A DNA stretch of 62,497 nucleotides, filler included, from Chiloscyllium plagiosum (taxonomy: Eukaryota), in NCBI RefSeq assembly GCF_004010195.1. It is 5 parts of one record of this genome, joined end to end, with 100 filler letters (N's around TTAATTAATTAA, not from the genome) between each part and the next. Parts side by side here need not be neighbours in the genome. Positions count along the whole stretch, not along the records: positions 19,972 to 28,772 come from NC_057710.1; positions 28,873 to 36,949 come from NC_057710.1; positions 37,050 to 53,658 come from NC_057710.1; 2 more parts are not named here. One strand, written 5' to 3'. The notes under the pieces were generated by a model. It saw only the letters and a program-made list of their open reading frames with translations, did not search any database and was not told the DNA's origin. Both the position numbers and the translations under genes were made by a program. Below, in pieces: positions 25,601-37,916 of the stretch. Each line of letters starts with the position of its first letter. The first letter of the stretch is position 1.

Positions 25601-26689
25601 TATATTGGTACTGAAATAATCACAACTGCGGATGACCCAAGGCACCAACTAAACAATAGGGGTCCAAGGTGAACAGTTTAAGTCTCAAGGATAATCTTAA
25701 ACTTTATATCCTTTTTATCATCCCTTTTGTACTGGATCAGATTTTAATTTTATACCTGTAGGCTTCTCTCCTAGTTATTGCATTTTTATTAATTGCCTTA
25801 TTATCAGCTGGACATAAACTTGCTTACTCAAGAAAACCTGCAATTGGCTCCTAAATGCTGCAATAGCAATTAGTTAACTACACTTTAATGATCAAACAAC
25901 ATCAATGCTCTGTTATAACTAACTGAGAATTTAAAGATGAGAATTGAAGGGTCTGTTTCCATGCTGTATGACTCTCTGATTATGGCTCTATAACTGATTC
26001 AATGTCTCAACGTTATTATGTTGTAGTGTTGTCCAAGAGGCAGACACCACTGTATAGCAGGCTTGGTGGACAACATAGCCTACTCCTGTCCATGTTTCTT
26101 ATGTTCTTAAAAAGGGGTTTGACTGCTCCATCATTTGTCCATTGACTTTTCAAATAGTACAGGTATGGCAAAGATTGCTATGGCACAGAAGCCAAACTAC
26201 TCAATAGGTACACGCTGACGTTTGGGTTACACAGGCTTTCTCCCTCTCTACTTCATCTAATCCTGTCAACATATCTTTCCATTCCTTTCTCCTTCAAATG
26301 CTTACGTGACGTTTCCTTAATTGTGCTCCTGTTAATTGCTTCTATCAATCCATGCAGCGTTGAGTTACAAATTTGCTCACTACATAAAGATTTATCCTGA
26401 TTTCCTTTGTAAAAGTGTTAGTATAATAACTATGGTCTATTTGACTTCCCCGATGAGATGTATTTGTAACGTTAAAAATCTCTATAAGGTTACCTCTATT
26501 TTCAAAGAACCTTAGTCTGTTTAATATTTCATCATTGGTATATCCTATCAGTTCTGCTACCAAGACACTAAGACTTCCTGTGTAGGTTTTTTTATTATTC
26601 ATCAGAATTAAGTTGAATGGAATTGCACTTGAACAGAATTCAATTTGTAGTCTTGTACATATTATACATAGGAAAAATATATATATTTA

Positions 26690-27922
26690 GAGTACTGCAT
26701 ACAATGCTGATCTCCCTTGTGTGGGAAGGATATTGTTAGGATACAGAAAAATCCACAAGGATTTTGCTGGGTCTGAAGGATTTGAGTAATAGGGAGAGGC
26801 TAAATAGGATGTTTTTTTCCTTGGAGCGTCAGAGGCTGAGGGGTGACTATAGTGGTGTATAAAATCATGAGGGGCAAGGATAGGGTGAATAGCCAAGGTC
26901 TTTTTCCAAGGTGGGAGAGTCCAAAACTAGAAGGCGTAGGTTTAAGGTGAGAGGGGCACGTGTGGGAAAAGATCTGCCACCCTGCTTACCCATAGTAGGC
27001 CCACACAGAACATAGGAAAGCAAACTTGGCCAAACTATACCAAAAACACCCAGAATGCCTCAGCAGGGACCAAACAGGTTGACAAGTGAAACCAGACAGC
27101 ACTCGCAGACAAGGGAATACACTTCAATACAAATACACACTAACAATACCCAGTCAACACAGCTGTCCCAAAGCCCCAAGGGCAGTCTCATAACACAGCA
27201 ATAGCAAAGCTACACAAAGAACTGATCAGGCACCACCATGGACATCACTCCCAGGAACAGGAACAATGCAAGCACCTTACTGTTTCAGAACAGACATTCT
27301 CACCTACCTCCAAAGAGGACTGGAACCCCCTGATCCATTGATACTGTCGGGATGTTGCATTGTATCGACAATCAGGAGATTCATCAGATAACTGTTTCCA
27401 ATTGTAACCATTGTAACTAGATTACTCCATTTCCAAATATATTGTATCTTTCCCCATTTTAATTAGCCCTATTATAAAAGATTCCTATAAAACCTGGCTT
27501 CATCCTCAGCTTGGGGAAGAGAACCCATGATCTACCTGTACAGATTCTCAGTTCTGTGTCAACCTCGTCAATTTTTCTGCCAGCCATATTGCTTGTAATA
27601 AACAGCTTGTCATTTCACCCGACCTGGTTTGTGTGGTGTCCGCTTTACTGGGCTAATTTCTCCGACAGAAAGATTTAAGAAGGACTCGAGGAGTACAGTC
27701 TTCACTCACAGGGTGATGTGTCTGCAGAACACTCTGCCAGAAGAAGTAGTGGAGGTGGGTACAATTACAACATTTAAAAAGGCATCAGGATGGGTTTATG
27801 AATAGGAAGGGTATGGGCCAAAGGCTGGCAACTGGGACTAGGTCAGACTGGGATATCTGGTTGGTGCAGATGAGTTGGACTGTAGGGTTGGTTTCCGTGC
27901 TGTATGACTCCATGATTATGAC
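26690..27922 (+). mobile_element. CR1 3' fragment split by a solo LTR
   Basis: ...AAGGTGAGAGGGG | GAAAGATTTAAG... resumes after the insertion. Confidence 0.8.
26961..27667 (+). mobile_element. Solo LTR (~707 bp)
   Basis: TGTGGGAAAA...TTTCTCCGACA imperfect terminal inverted ends, TATAAAA (~27473, ~27486), AATAAA (27597); interrupts CR1. Confidence 0.75.
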
Positions 27923-28027
27923 TCATACATAAGCCTTTTGGTAGTGAACACATGATGTTGCAAATCTTGGTCATTATTGAGCCAAATCTGGACAGTAAAG
28001 ATCCAGAACTCTCTCTGTAATGGCATA

Positions 28028-28208
28028 AAGTTAAAAATCACACAACACCAGGTTATAGTTCAATACGTTTAATTGGAAGCACACTAGCTTTCGGAGCGAT
28101 GCTAGTGGAAAGCTAGTGTGCTTCCAATTAAACCTGTTGGACTATAACCTGGTGTTGTGTGATTTTTAACTTTGTACACCCCAGTCCAACACTGGCATCT
28201 CCAAATCA
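28028..28208. mobile_element. PLE-derived asymmetric palindrome (family A)
   Basis: 12-bp TSD tgtaatggcata (28016-28027 / 28209-28220); inverted arms plus tail. Confidence 0.88.
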
Positions 28209-28560
28209 TGTAATGGCATAGTAAGTCTACCTTCAGTACATGGAGTGCAGCAGTTAAAGAAGGCAGCTCTTCAAAACCTTCCCAAGGGCATTTAAGGATG
28301 GGCAAGAAATGCTGGCTCAACCAGAGATGCCCACACCCCATGAGTGAATAAAAATAAACTACACTTGATAGGATATTTCCTTCAGCAGTTCTATGGGAGA
28401 TTGATTATCATGAACAAAGTATTCACCAGGAGGCTTAAATTCCTCAATGATTCCACCAGCCTTCTGCCATAATTGCCTGGAAAATTGAAGTGGTTTCTTT
28501 AGAGGATGTGAGCGAAGAAGCAAAATACTGTCATTCCACACTGGCTTAAATATGACCTTA

Positions 28561-28772
28561 GCTGAAAATGTGTTGCTGGAAAAGCGCAGCAGGTTAGGCA
28601 GCTTCCAAGGAACAGGAGAATCGACGTTTCGGGCATAAGCCCTTCTTCAGGAATGAGGAAAGTGTGTCCAGCAGGCTAAGATAAAAGGTAGGGAGGAGGG
28701 ACTTGGGGGAGGGGCGTCGGAAATGCAATAGGTGGAAGAAGGTTAAGGTGAGGGTGATAGGCCGGAGTGGGG
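28561..28772 (-). mobile_element. Family-B PLE terminus running into a gap; intact hammerhead motif at 28619-28654
   Basis: Minus strand AUUC-CUGAAGA-A-GGGC(UUAU)GCCC-GAAA-CGUC-GAUU. Confidence 0.8.
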
Positions 28773-28872
28773 NNNNNNNNNNNNNNNNNNNNNNNNNNNN
28801 NNNNNNNNNNNNNNNNTTAATTAATTAANNNNNNNNNNNNNNNNNNNNNNNNNNNNNNNNNNNNNNNNNNNN

Positions 28873-29238
28873 TATAAGATTATTAAAGGATTGGACACTC
28901 TGGAGGCAGGAAACATGTTTCCGCTGAGGGTGCGTGCCAAACCAGAGGACATAACTTAAAAATACAGGGTAGACCATTTAGGACAGAGATGAGATTAACT
29001 TCTTCACCCAGAGAGTGGTGGCTGTGTGGAATGCTCTGCCCCAGAGGGCAGTGGAGGCCCAGTCTCTGGATTCATTTAAGGAAGAGTTGGATAGAGCTCT
29101 CAAGGATAGTGGAATCAAGGGTTATGGAGCTAAGGCAGGAACAGGATACTGATTAAGGATGATCAGCCATGATCATATTGAATGGTGGTTCAGGCTCGAA
29201 GGGCAGAATGACCTACTCCTGCATCTATTGTCTATTGT
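28873..29238 (+). mobile_element. CR1 3' end
   Basis: YKIIKGLD, FFTQRVVAVWNALP; (CTATTGT)n tail. Confidence 0.88.
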
Positions 29239-30023
29239 CACTTCCTTTCTTTCTCTCTTCGCTCTTTGTTCATTTTTTCGAGAGCTGAGCAAAAGTGTTC
29301 CCTGAAGTCTTCATCATCTCAGAGACGATATTCTCAAGTCTGGATCTATCACGAGCTGGTAATTCAGCTTTTTCTTCCTGAACTTTCCGTTTTCCCTTCA
29401 CAGCAAAGAGCTGAGATTTTAGCTTCATGAATTCAGGGGGAAGCAAAGGATTTCATTCTTCCTTCAAATTCTTGTTTCTTAAAAAATCTGCAGTTGATGC
29501 TGCCTGGTTTGCTGTGCTCTTCCAGCCTCCTGCTTGATGAACTCCTGTGTAACATGCCTTAAGAAATTAAATGGAAGCTTGGTCTCTTCTTAGTATGTGC
29601 AGAGGATCACATCTTCTGCATGTTATGCTATGTTTATATGTTCTACTGATTATGTCAACTATTAGGTTTGTATTTAGAACCTGTATGCTTTATCACCCTT
29701 TGAGGGGCTCCACACGCTTATGCACATCCTTCAGTGACTCTTTGATGCCGTAAGTCTTTGATTTGTTGAATAAATCCTTTTGGAAAGCTTCTATTGGGAA
29801 GACCATAATTGTCAATTCAGCAATTCTATCACTTGTTCCCCAGCTGAAAAATAACGTAGTGAGCCCTGTTCTCTGCATCTGCTCACACAGTAGTCTGTAG
29901 ATTTTATTGATTTCTGTCCAGGTGATATAAATTCTGATTGATGAAAATGGAAGTTTAGCTTGACTCTGAAGTGATCTTCTAATGTGGTCCATATCTTTTG
30001 CCTCATAATCCTGATTTGTTAGA

Positions 30024-30316
30024 ATAGATTCCCTACAGTGTGGAAACAGGCCCTTCGGCACAACCAGTCCACACCGACCCTCCGAAGAGTAACCCACCCA
30101 GACCCATTTCCCTCTAACTAATGCACCTAACACTATGGGCAATTTAGCATGGCCAATTCATCTGACCTGCACATCTTTGGACTGTGGGAGGAAACTGGAG
30201 CAAACCCATGCAGACACGGGGAGAACGTGCAAACTCCACACAGACAGTTGCCCAAGGCTGGAATCGAACCTGGGACCCTGGCACTGTGAGGCAACAGTGC
30301 TAACCACTGAGCCACC
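30024..30316 (-). mobile_element. HE1 V-SINE with 6-bp TSD gttaga
   Basis: TSD at 30018-30023 / 30317-30322. Confidence 0.92.
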
Positions 30317-30409
30317 GTTAGATCTCTGCATACCTTTATTAGCAATTTCAAAGCAATCTTAATGGATTGTTTTTCTGCATCAGATCGCTGACTATATAAA
30401 GCACAGCTC

Positions 30410-32341
30410 AGAATGGTAGTTAAAAATTTTGAAAGAAAAAGAAGGAAACATATATCCAGTATAGACAGCAGAGATCGAGTGAATCCCTGGAAGAATATAA
30501 AGGCAGTAGGTGTATACTTAAGAGGGAAATCAGGAGGACAGAAAGAGAACATGAGATATTTTTGGCAAATAGGGTTAAGGCAAATCCAAAGGGATTTTAT
30601 AAATATAATAATACAAGATGGTAACTAGGGATAGAATAGGGCCCCTCAAAGATCAGCAAGGCCGCCTTTGTGTGGAACTGCAGGAGAAGTGGGAGATGCT
30701 AAATGAATATTTTGCATGAGTGTTAACTGTGGAGAAGGACATGGAAGATATAGAATGTGGGAAACTGGATATCTTGAAATGCATAAATCCCTAGGATCTG
30801 ATCAGGTGTATACCAGAACTCTGGGGAAGCTAGAGAAGTGATTGCTGGGCCTCTTGCTGAGATATTTGTATCATTGATAATCACAGGTGAGGTGCCGGAA
30901 GACTGGAGGTTGGCTAACGTGGGACCACTGTTTAAGAAGGGCGGTAAAGACAAACCAGGGAACTATAGCCCGGTGGGTCTGACGTCAGTGGTGGGCAGGT
31001 TATTGGAAGGAATCCTGAGGGACAGGATGTACATGTATTTGGAAAGGCAAGGACTGATTACGGATAGTCATCATGGCTTTGTGAGTGGGACATCATGTTT
31101 CACAAACTTGATTGAGTTTTTTGAAGAAATAACAAAGAGGATTGAAGAGGGCAGAGCAGTGGACATGATCTATATGGAATTCAGTAAGATGTTCAACAAG
31201 GTTCCTCATAGTAGACTGGTTCGCAAGGTTAGATCACCTGGAATACAGGGAGAACTATCCATTTGGATACAGAACTATCTGAAAGGTAGAAGACAGAGGG
31301 TGGTGGTGGAGGGTTGTTTTTCAGGCTGGAGGCCTGTGACCAGTGGAGTGCCACAAGGTTCGGTGCTGGGCCCTCTACTTTTTGTCATTTATATAAATGA
31401 TTTGGATGTGAGCATAAGAGGTAGAGTTAGTAAGTTTGCAGATGACACCAAAATTGGGGGTGTACTGGACAGCGAAGAAGGTTACCTCAGAGTACAACGG
31501 GATCTTGATCAGATGGGCCAATGGGCTGAGGAGTGGCAGATGGAGTTTAATTCAGATAAATGTGAGGTGCTGCATTTTGGGAAAGCAAATCTTAGCAGGA
31601 CTTATACACTTAATAGTAAGGTCCTAGGGAGTGTTGCTGAAGAAAGAGACCTTGGAGTGCAGGTTCATAGCTCCTTGAAAGCGGAGTCACAGGTAGATAG
31701 GATAGTGAAGAAGATGTTTGGTAAGCTTTCTTTTATTGTTCAGAGTATTGCGTACAGGAGTTGGGAGGTCATGTTGCGGCTGTACAGGACATTGGTTAGG
31801 CCAGAATTGAAAAATTGTGCATCATTCTGGTCTCCTTCCTTTCGGAAGGATGTTGTGAAAATTGAAAGTGTTCACAAAAGATTTACAAGGATGTTGCCTG
31901 GGTTGGAGGATTTGAGCTATAGGGAGAGGATAAATAGGCGGTTTTCCCTGGAGCATCAGTGACTGAGGAGTGACCTTACAGAGGTTTATAAGATCATGAG
32001 GGGCATGGAAAGGATAAATAGACAAAGTCTCTTCCCTGGGGTGAGGAAGTCCAGAACTAGAGAGCATAGATTTAGGGTGAGAGGGGAAAAATACAGAAGG
32101 GACAAATCTTTCACACAGAGGGTGCTGTGTGTATGGAATGAGCTGCCAAAGGAAGTGGTGGAGGCTAGCACAATTACAGCATTTAAAAGGCATTTGGATG
32201 GGTATATGAATAGGAAGGGTTTGGAGGGATATGGGCCGGGTGCTGGCAGGTGGGACGAGATTGGGTTGGGATATCTGGTCAGCATGGACGAGTTGGAGCA
32301 AAGGGTCTGTTTCTGTACTGTACATCTCTATGACTCTGTGA
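30410..32341 (+). mobile_element. Relatively young CR1/HER1 LINE (374-aa open RT frame 30838-31962)
   Basis: [36 protein letters not shown]; 3' tail. Confidence 0.96.
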
Positions 32342-33249
32342 NNNNNNNNNNNNNNNNNNNNNNNNNNNNNNNNNNNNNNNNNNNNNNNNNNNNNNNNNNN
32401 NNNNNNNNNNNNNNNNNNNNNNNNNNNNNNNNNNNNNNNNNNNNNNNNNNNNNNNNNNNNNNNNNNNNNNNNNNNNNNNNNNNNNNNNNNNNNNNNNNNN
32501 NNNNNNNNNNNNNNNNNNNNNNNNNNNNNNNNNNNNNNNNNNNNNNNNNNNNNNNNNNNNNNNNNNNNNNNNNNNNNNNNNNNNNNNNNNNNNNNNNNNN
32601 NNNNNNNNNNNNNNNNNNNNNNNNNNNNNNNNNNNNNNNNNNNNNNNNNNNNNNNNNNNNNNNNNNNNNNNNNNNNNNNNNNNNNNNNNNNNNNNNNNNN
32701 NNNNNNNNNNNNNNNNNNNNNNNNNNNNNNNNNNNNNNNNNNNNNNNNNNNNNNNNNNNNNNNNNNNNNNNNNNNNNNNNNNNNNNNNNNNNNNNNNNNN
32801 NNNNNNNNNNNNNNNNNNNNNNNNNNNNNNNNNNNNNNNNNTAGGAGGCTGGTTTGTCAGTCTGTCCTCACTCATTGGTGCAGACATCAAAATGACCATG
32901 GCTAGAGGTGGAGATGATGGTTTGTAACCACATAACTCACAAACCATTTTCCCTTCATCCCTCAGACCTTTTCAGTTTCATAAGACGCATAAATGGTACA
33001 AATGCACCTCTCCCCACCTTGTCTTTATCCCCTCGCTAAAACTCCATTGTTGTGCTTTTCCTTCTCTTCAACAAACAAGAACTGCGACAGGGTGTGATGA
33101 GAACGCACACCAACAATGAATCTGCAGTTAGCAGCTCAGATATTGGCTCTGCACATACTTTAGAGAGGATCATAGAGGCGGGGTATAGGTAAAAATGCAC
33201 TTCAGAATGTGCAGGCACTCTACCAACTACAAGGAAACACGCATGGGTC

Positions 33250-35450
33250 ATGCTACAGAAGAATTAAACGAGGACTTTGATTAGGTGAGACAATGAAAGA
33301 GCATGTGCACAGCAAAACGCTTGGTGCAATGGCTGGTTTGCTGTGAAGCCAGCTGTTCCTGTCACAGATTATGCAGGGATCTGGAAGAAATTTGGCCCAG
33401 GGCATCCCACAGATTTTGGATTCCTTGTCTTTGAGATGAAAATGAGAACACGGGGATGACCATGATGCCAGTCTTTTGGCCAATGTCTCAGTTTCTTTTG
33501 CAGCACAAGGAGATGCCACCCAGTATCTGATTGGTTCAGTGGAAGCTCATTAAGGTGATGCACCCTCAGCATTCTGCAGGCTATGACTGTTGTCATCACC
33601 GTTGTGAATGCCAGTATTCAAAGGGAATTGCAGGGTCTCACAGCAGTCCAGTAAGCTGTACTCCAGCAGACTACCAGGATTGCAGTGGTGCTGCCCATGA
33701 AGAGGTTTGGGCATGGTCATGTTGAACACAAACCTGCTTTCATCTGGGTGTCACATTGCCAATGCATTTGCCCTTGCTGCAATCTGTACTCCCAGTGTAA
33801 GTCAACATGCTCTAACCACTTCAGTGACATGGTATGGGAGCACCATGTCAGATAAAACCACCTGCCAGATAGGCACCAAGGGAATGCACATGAGCAAACT
33901 GTTAGAGTTTGCTTGAAATCTTGAGTATTTTGTTAGTACATTTTTTTTGTGTAATTCATTCATTTTTGGGCAATAAGTGCTGGACCAGCACTTATTGCCC
34001 AACTCTAGTTGCCCTTGTGTAGGCGATGGTGAGCTTCCTCCTTAAACCATTGCAGTTCACATGCCGTAAGTAGATAAGGATTTTGACCTAGTGACACTAA
34101 GGAACAATGGTCAGAGTCTGGACGGTGCGTGGCTTGTAAGAGAAGTTGCAAATGAAGTGTTTGAATTCGGTACTGTGGCCAGAAGGATGGGATGATGCTC
34201 TATCACACTGCGATAGTTAGGGGAATTTTGCTGAAGGTAAATTTGCGTTTGTGTTCATGGGGACTGGTGTCAAGTGAAGCGCTCAAGGATAGCCTAGCTG
34301 CCTTTTCTGTTCGCCCTCTTGAGGAGCCCAGTATAACCCTGGTGGTAAGGGAAATGCCTTTCCAGTAGTAAGGGCAAGATGTAGCAGTCAGGTGACCCAT
34401 TCTGGCAGCTACTGGAGGATTCTTCCAGAGCACACAAGGCAGTGAAACCATTGCTTCAGCACCAAACGTTCTACCTGAACATTTCTTAATCTTTCTAACA
34501 GCAAGATAGTTTTCATTATTTTGCATAATGGCCATGCGTTGTTGCATTGCAGAATGGAGTCAGATTTAAACACTTAAACCCAGGTTTAAAGGGAAAGGCA
34601 ATTAGGTACTCTCTGGTTTGATGTAGTGGCTGAAGGATTGAGGGAAGGGAAGAGGAATGCAGAATGAAAGCACCGTGACTGCTGTCAGCAGGGTGGGCAT
34701 TAACAAATATGATATACTGGGCGTGGTCACATATTACCTCCCCATTGAGTGAAAGCAAGATCTTGTATTTGTGGCAGATCTCAACATTAATGCAAATCTC
34801 AGCAATAAGACATGGTGCCCATAAAACCATGTCCATACAGTTGTTGCACCATAGAGAGAAAGGTTAGTCAGGCTTTAACTTGCTGTTTACTTCCCTTTCT
34901 TCAGAGACAACACAATGATTGAATCCTCATATAAAGAACATCCATCACCTCAGTGAAGTACAAATGGACAGGGAAATGGGAGATGATACATCTGTTGCCT
35001 GTTCCAGCCTGGAAGGATCTTAATATGGAGAAATTCAGGCTGACAGCCACCATCATGACTGTCTGTGTGGTGTTTGCATGTTTCCCCCGTGTCTGCATGG
35101 GTTTCCACTGGATGCTCCAGTTTCCTCCCACACTCCAAAGGCATGTAGGTTAGGTGAAATGGCCATGCCAAATTATCCATACTGTGTAGGCCAGATGTAT
35201 TAGTTATGTGAAATATGGGATCATGGGGACAGGATGGAATGCTCTTTGGAGGGTCAGCGATGGGCCAAATGGCTTCCTTCTCCACTGTAGGGGCTCCAGG
35301 TCAACAAGTGACAGAGTTCTCATAGCACCTTCTGCATGATTACCTGGTTCAGTAGAGATGAAGATGTTGGCTGGATAAGGCCTCCTGCTAAGATCCTTTC
35401 TCCCCATCTTACTCCTCTCTCTAGAGCAGCTTCTCCTCCTCCTCTGCACC
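33250..35450. mobile_element. Decayed Harbinger element (nuclease relic on - at ~34500-35450; putative accessory ORF relic on +)
   Basis: RRPYP, NF...SFQAGTG..C.IS.FPVH...EVMDVLY, SLNGEVICDH...VNA...SSHGAFIL, FKCLN; split by a SINE at ~35055-35290. Confidence 0.7.
35055..35292 (+). mobile_element. Diverged 5'-truncated HE1 SINE
   Basis: V core and tail. Confidence 0.8.
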
Positions 35451-35939
35451 CTCTCTACCTCCTGCTGCAGCCCAAATGAAATTCAACTGGACCACACATG
35501 ATTGGGAGTAAGTAGTGTGCCCAAAAACTTGCAGTCAACACCAAAGCTTTCTGTATGTGCAGCACCATGCCCTGAAGACTTCCCTTTCACTAGCAGTTCA
35601 GCTTGGAGTGCACCTCTCCCTTTGAAGTTCTTTTCTTTAAAATTTATTTGACACCCATCAAGCGTGATCTTCAATGATCTCCCTCTGGGCTGGTGATAAT
35701 CCGCACTGGCCTTTTCAGCCTTCCAGAGCCATACAGTCACAAATTACATTGTTCAGAATTGGCAGCCTGTGTTTTTCTTATGTGACTGTACGTTCTCTTT
35801 AAAAAAAATTAAGTAAAACATTATATCTTTTGATTGTTCAGTATGCTCCTAACTAATCCATGGTTATGATCAATCATCACAAAGAAGAGAAAGGCAACAG
35901 TCATGTTTTGCTCATGTTGTGGCTGGAAAGGACATTCGT

Positions 35940-36418
35940 GAGACCTCTTCTCAACCTCCTACAGTCCAATGAGAAAAACCCCAGCCTATCCAGACTACTT
36001 TTCAAATTCAAACCCTCCATTCCTGACAACATCTTGGTAACTCTTGACTGAACCTTCTGCAGTTTAATAATATCCTTCCGATAGTAGGGTGACCTTTACA
36101 GAGGTTTGTAAAATCATGCGGGGCATAGATAAGGTGAATAGCAAAGGTTTTTTTCACGAGGGTGGGGAAATCCAAAAGTAGGGGGCATTTTTTTAAGGTG
36201 AGAGGAGAAAATTTTAAAAAGGACATGAATGGGCAATATTTTTACATAGATATTCGTTCGTGTGTGGAATGAATTGCCAGAGGAAGTGTTGGGTGCAGAT
36301 ACATTTATAACATTTTAAAAACATTTGGGTAAGTACATGAATAGGAAAGGTTTGGAGGAATATGGGCCAAATGCAGACAAGTGGGACTAGTTCAGTTTGG
36401 GAACATGGTTGGCAAGGA
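35940..36418. mobile_element. CR1 3' fragment with 5' inversion
   Basis: 35940-36085 is antisense and 36086-36418 is sense CR1. Confidence 0.75.
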
Positions 36419-37049
36419 CTAGTGTACGTTTTACTAATCACCCCAAAATCATTAACAGATCAATAATACTTTTGTTCATTTTTGCCAAGGTTTAGTTGCA
36501 GTTGGCAGAGAAGTAACTTCTTGAAATATCAATTATTGTCATATTAGGCAGCTCTGTGTTTGTAAAAGGAGTGAGCATGGTTTAGGTTTGTTACAGACTG
36601 TTTAAATTACGCAACACTTGCCTTGATTTTAACAATGCCACATTGCGTTCTCCTTTACGTTATAGCATGTAAATTTGCTTTTAATTCATAAATGATTGCA
36701 TGTAGATATTTTTAGTTTAATGAATAGCTCCTTTGTAAGTTTTGTTTTTAAATCTCATCAAACTAAGAAACTCCGTTACCCCTTAAAACTCCAACGTAAT
36801 AAATTATTTATCTGAATGTCCTGTTCGAAAAAGGTGCCAGGCTTTCTGAGTACTCAGAGTCTAGATTAGTGTGGTGCTGGGAAAGCACAGCAGGTCAGGC
36901 AGCATCCGAGGAGCAGGAAAATCGACGTTTCGGTTCTTGCTCCTCAGATNNNNNNNNNNNNNNNNNNNNNNNNNNNNNNNNNNNNNNNNNNNNTTAATTA
37001 ATTAANNNNNNNNNNNNNNNNNNNNNNNNNNNNNNNNNNNNNNNNNNNN

Positions 37050-37530
37050 CCTGGGATGCAGACCATCAGGTCCCAGGGACTTATCAGCCTTCATCCTAAC
37101 AGTCTATCCATCACCATTTCCTGCCAAATATAAATTCCCTTCGGTTCATCCATTACCCTTGGCCCTTCAGCCACTACTACATCTGGGAGATTGCTCGTGT
37201 CTTCCCCAATGAAGACAGATCCAAAGTACCCCTATTCAACTCTTCTGCCATTTCCTTGTTCCCCATAATAAATTCACCCGTTTCTGTCTTCAAGGCCCCA
37301 ATTTTAGTCTTAACCATTTTTTTTCTTTTCACATACCTAAAAAAGCCTTTACTATCCTCCTTTATATTTTTGGCCAATTTACCTTCGTGCCTTATTTTTT
37401 CTTTGCGTAATTCCTTTTTAGTAATCCTCTGTTGTTCTTTAAAAGCTTCCCAGTCCTCCGATTTCCCACTTATCTTTGTATGTTATATTTTTTCCCTTTT
37501 ATCTTTATATGGTCCTTACCTTCCCTTGTC
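37050..37530 (-). mobile_element. CR1 ORF2 fragment
   Basis: AKNIKEDSKGFFRYVKRK...KEMAEELN; KSLGPDGLHP. Confidence 0.88.
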
Positions 37531-37678
37531 CATTAATATTAATTGATGGGAAACCAAAAAGGAAAAGGACTGAGATTTCCCAAATGCAGAAACTACAGAT
37601 GACTATGTTTAAAACTAATCCTTGTATATCTACACTGATGATTGTTAAATGGAGGTCAGCATTGTTACTACTAAGACA

Positions 37679-37916
37679 AAGTTAAAAATCACACAACACC
37701 AGGTGATAGTTCAACAGGTTTATTTGGAAGCACTAGCTTTTGGAGAACTGCTCCTTCATCAGGTAACTAGTGCTCCACTCTGCCCCACTAGTTACCTGAT
37801 GAAGGAGCAGTTCTCCAAAAGATAGTGCTTCCAAATAAACCTGTTGAACTATCACCTGATATTGTGTGATTTTTAACTTTGTCCACAGCAGTCCAACACT
37901 GACACCTCCACACCAA
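37679..37916. mobile_element. PLE-derived asymmetric palindrome (family A)
   Basis: ~90-bp inverted arms with hammerhead remnants; tail; degenerate TSD tactaagaca / taccatgaca. Confidence 0.85.

Larger units (their letters stand above)
28359..33090 (-). pseudogene. Fragmented intronless coding relic, candidate paramyxovirus/Mononegavirales-like nucleoprotein endogenous viral element
   Basis: Four colinear non-TE blocks (33090-32842, ~30410-30317, 30017-29240, 28560-28359) are separated by CR1, gap, SINE and PLE insertions. Excising the SINE 30024-30316 at its TSD restores a ~139-codon open frame. Motif spacing resembles paramyxoviral N (by eye only). Confidence 0.45.

Noticed and set aside
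25780..25930. Possible conserved non-coding element rich in TAAT motifs
   Set aside because: Cannot be supported without cross-species alignment.
30838..31962. 374-aa ORF as a host gene
   Set aside because: It is CR1 reverse transcriptase from a 5'-truncated copy.
31996..32947. Long ORFs spanning N-runs (also 39076-39915)
   Set aside because: Their length comes from gap characters.
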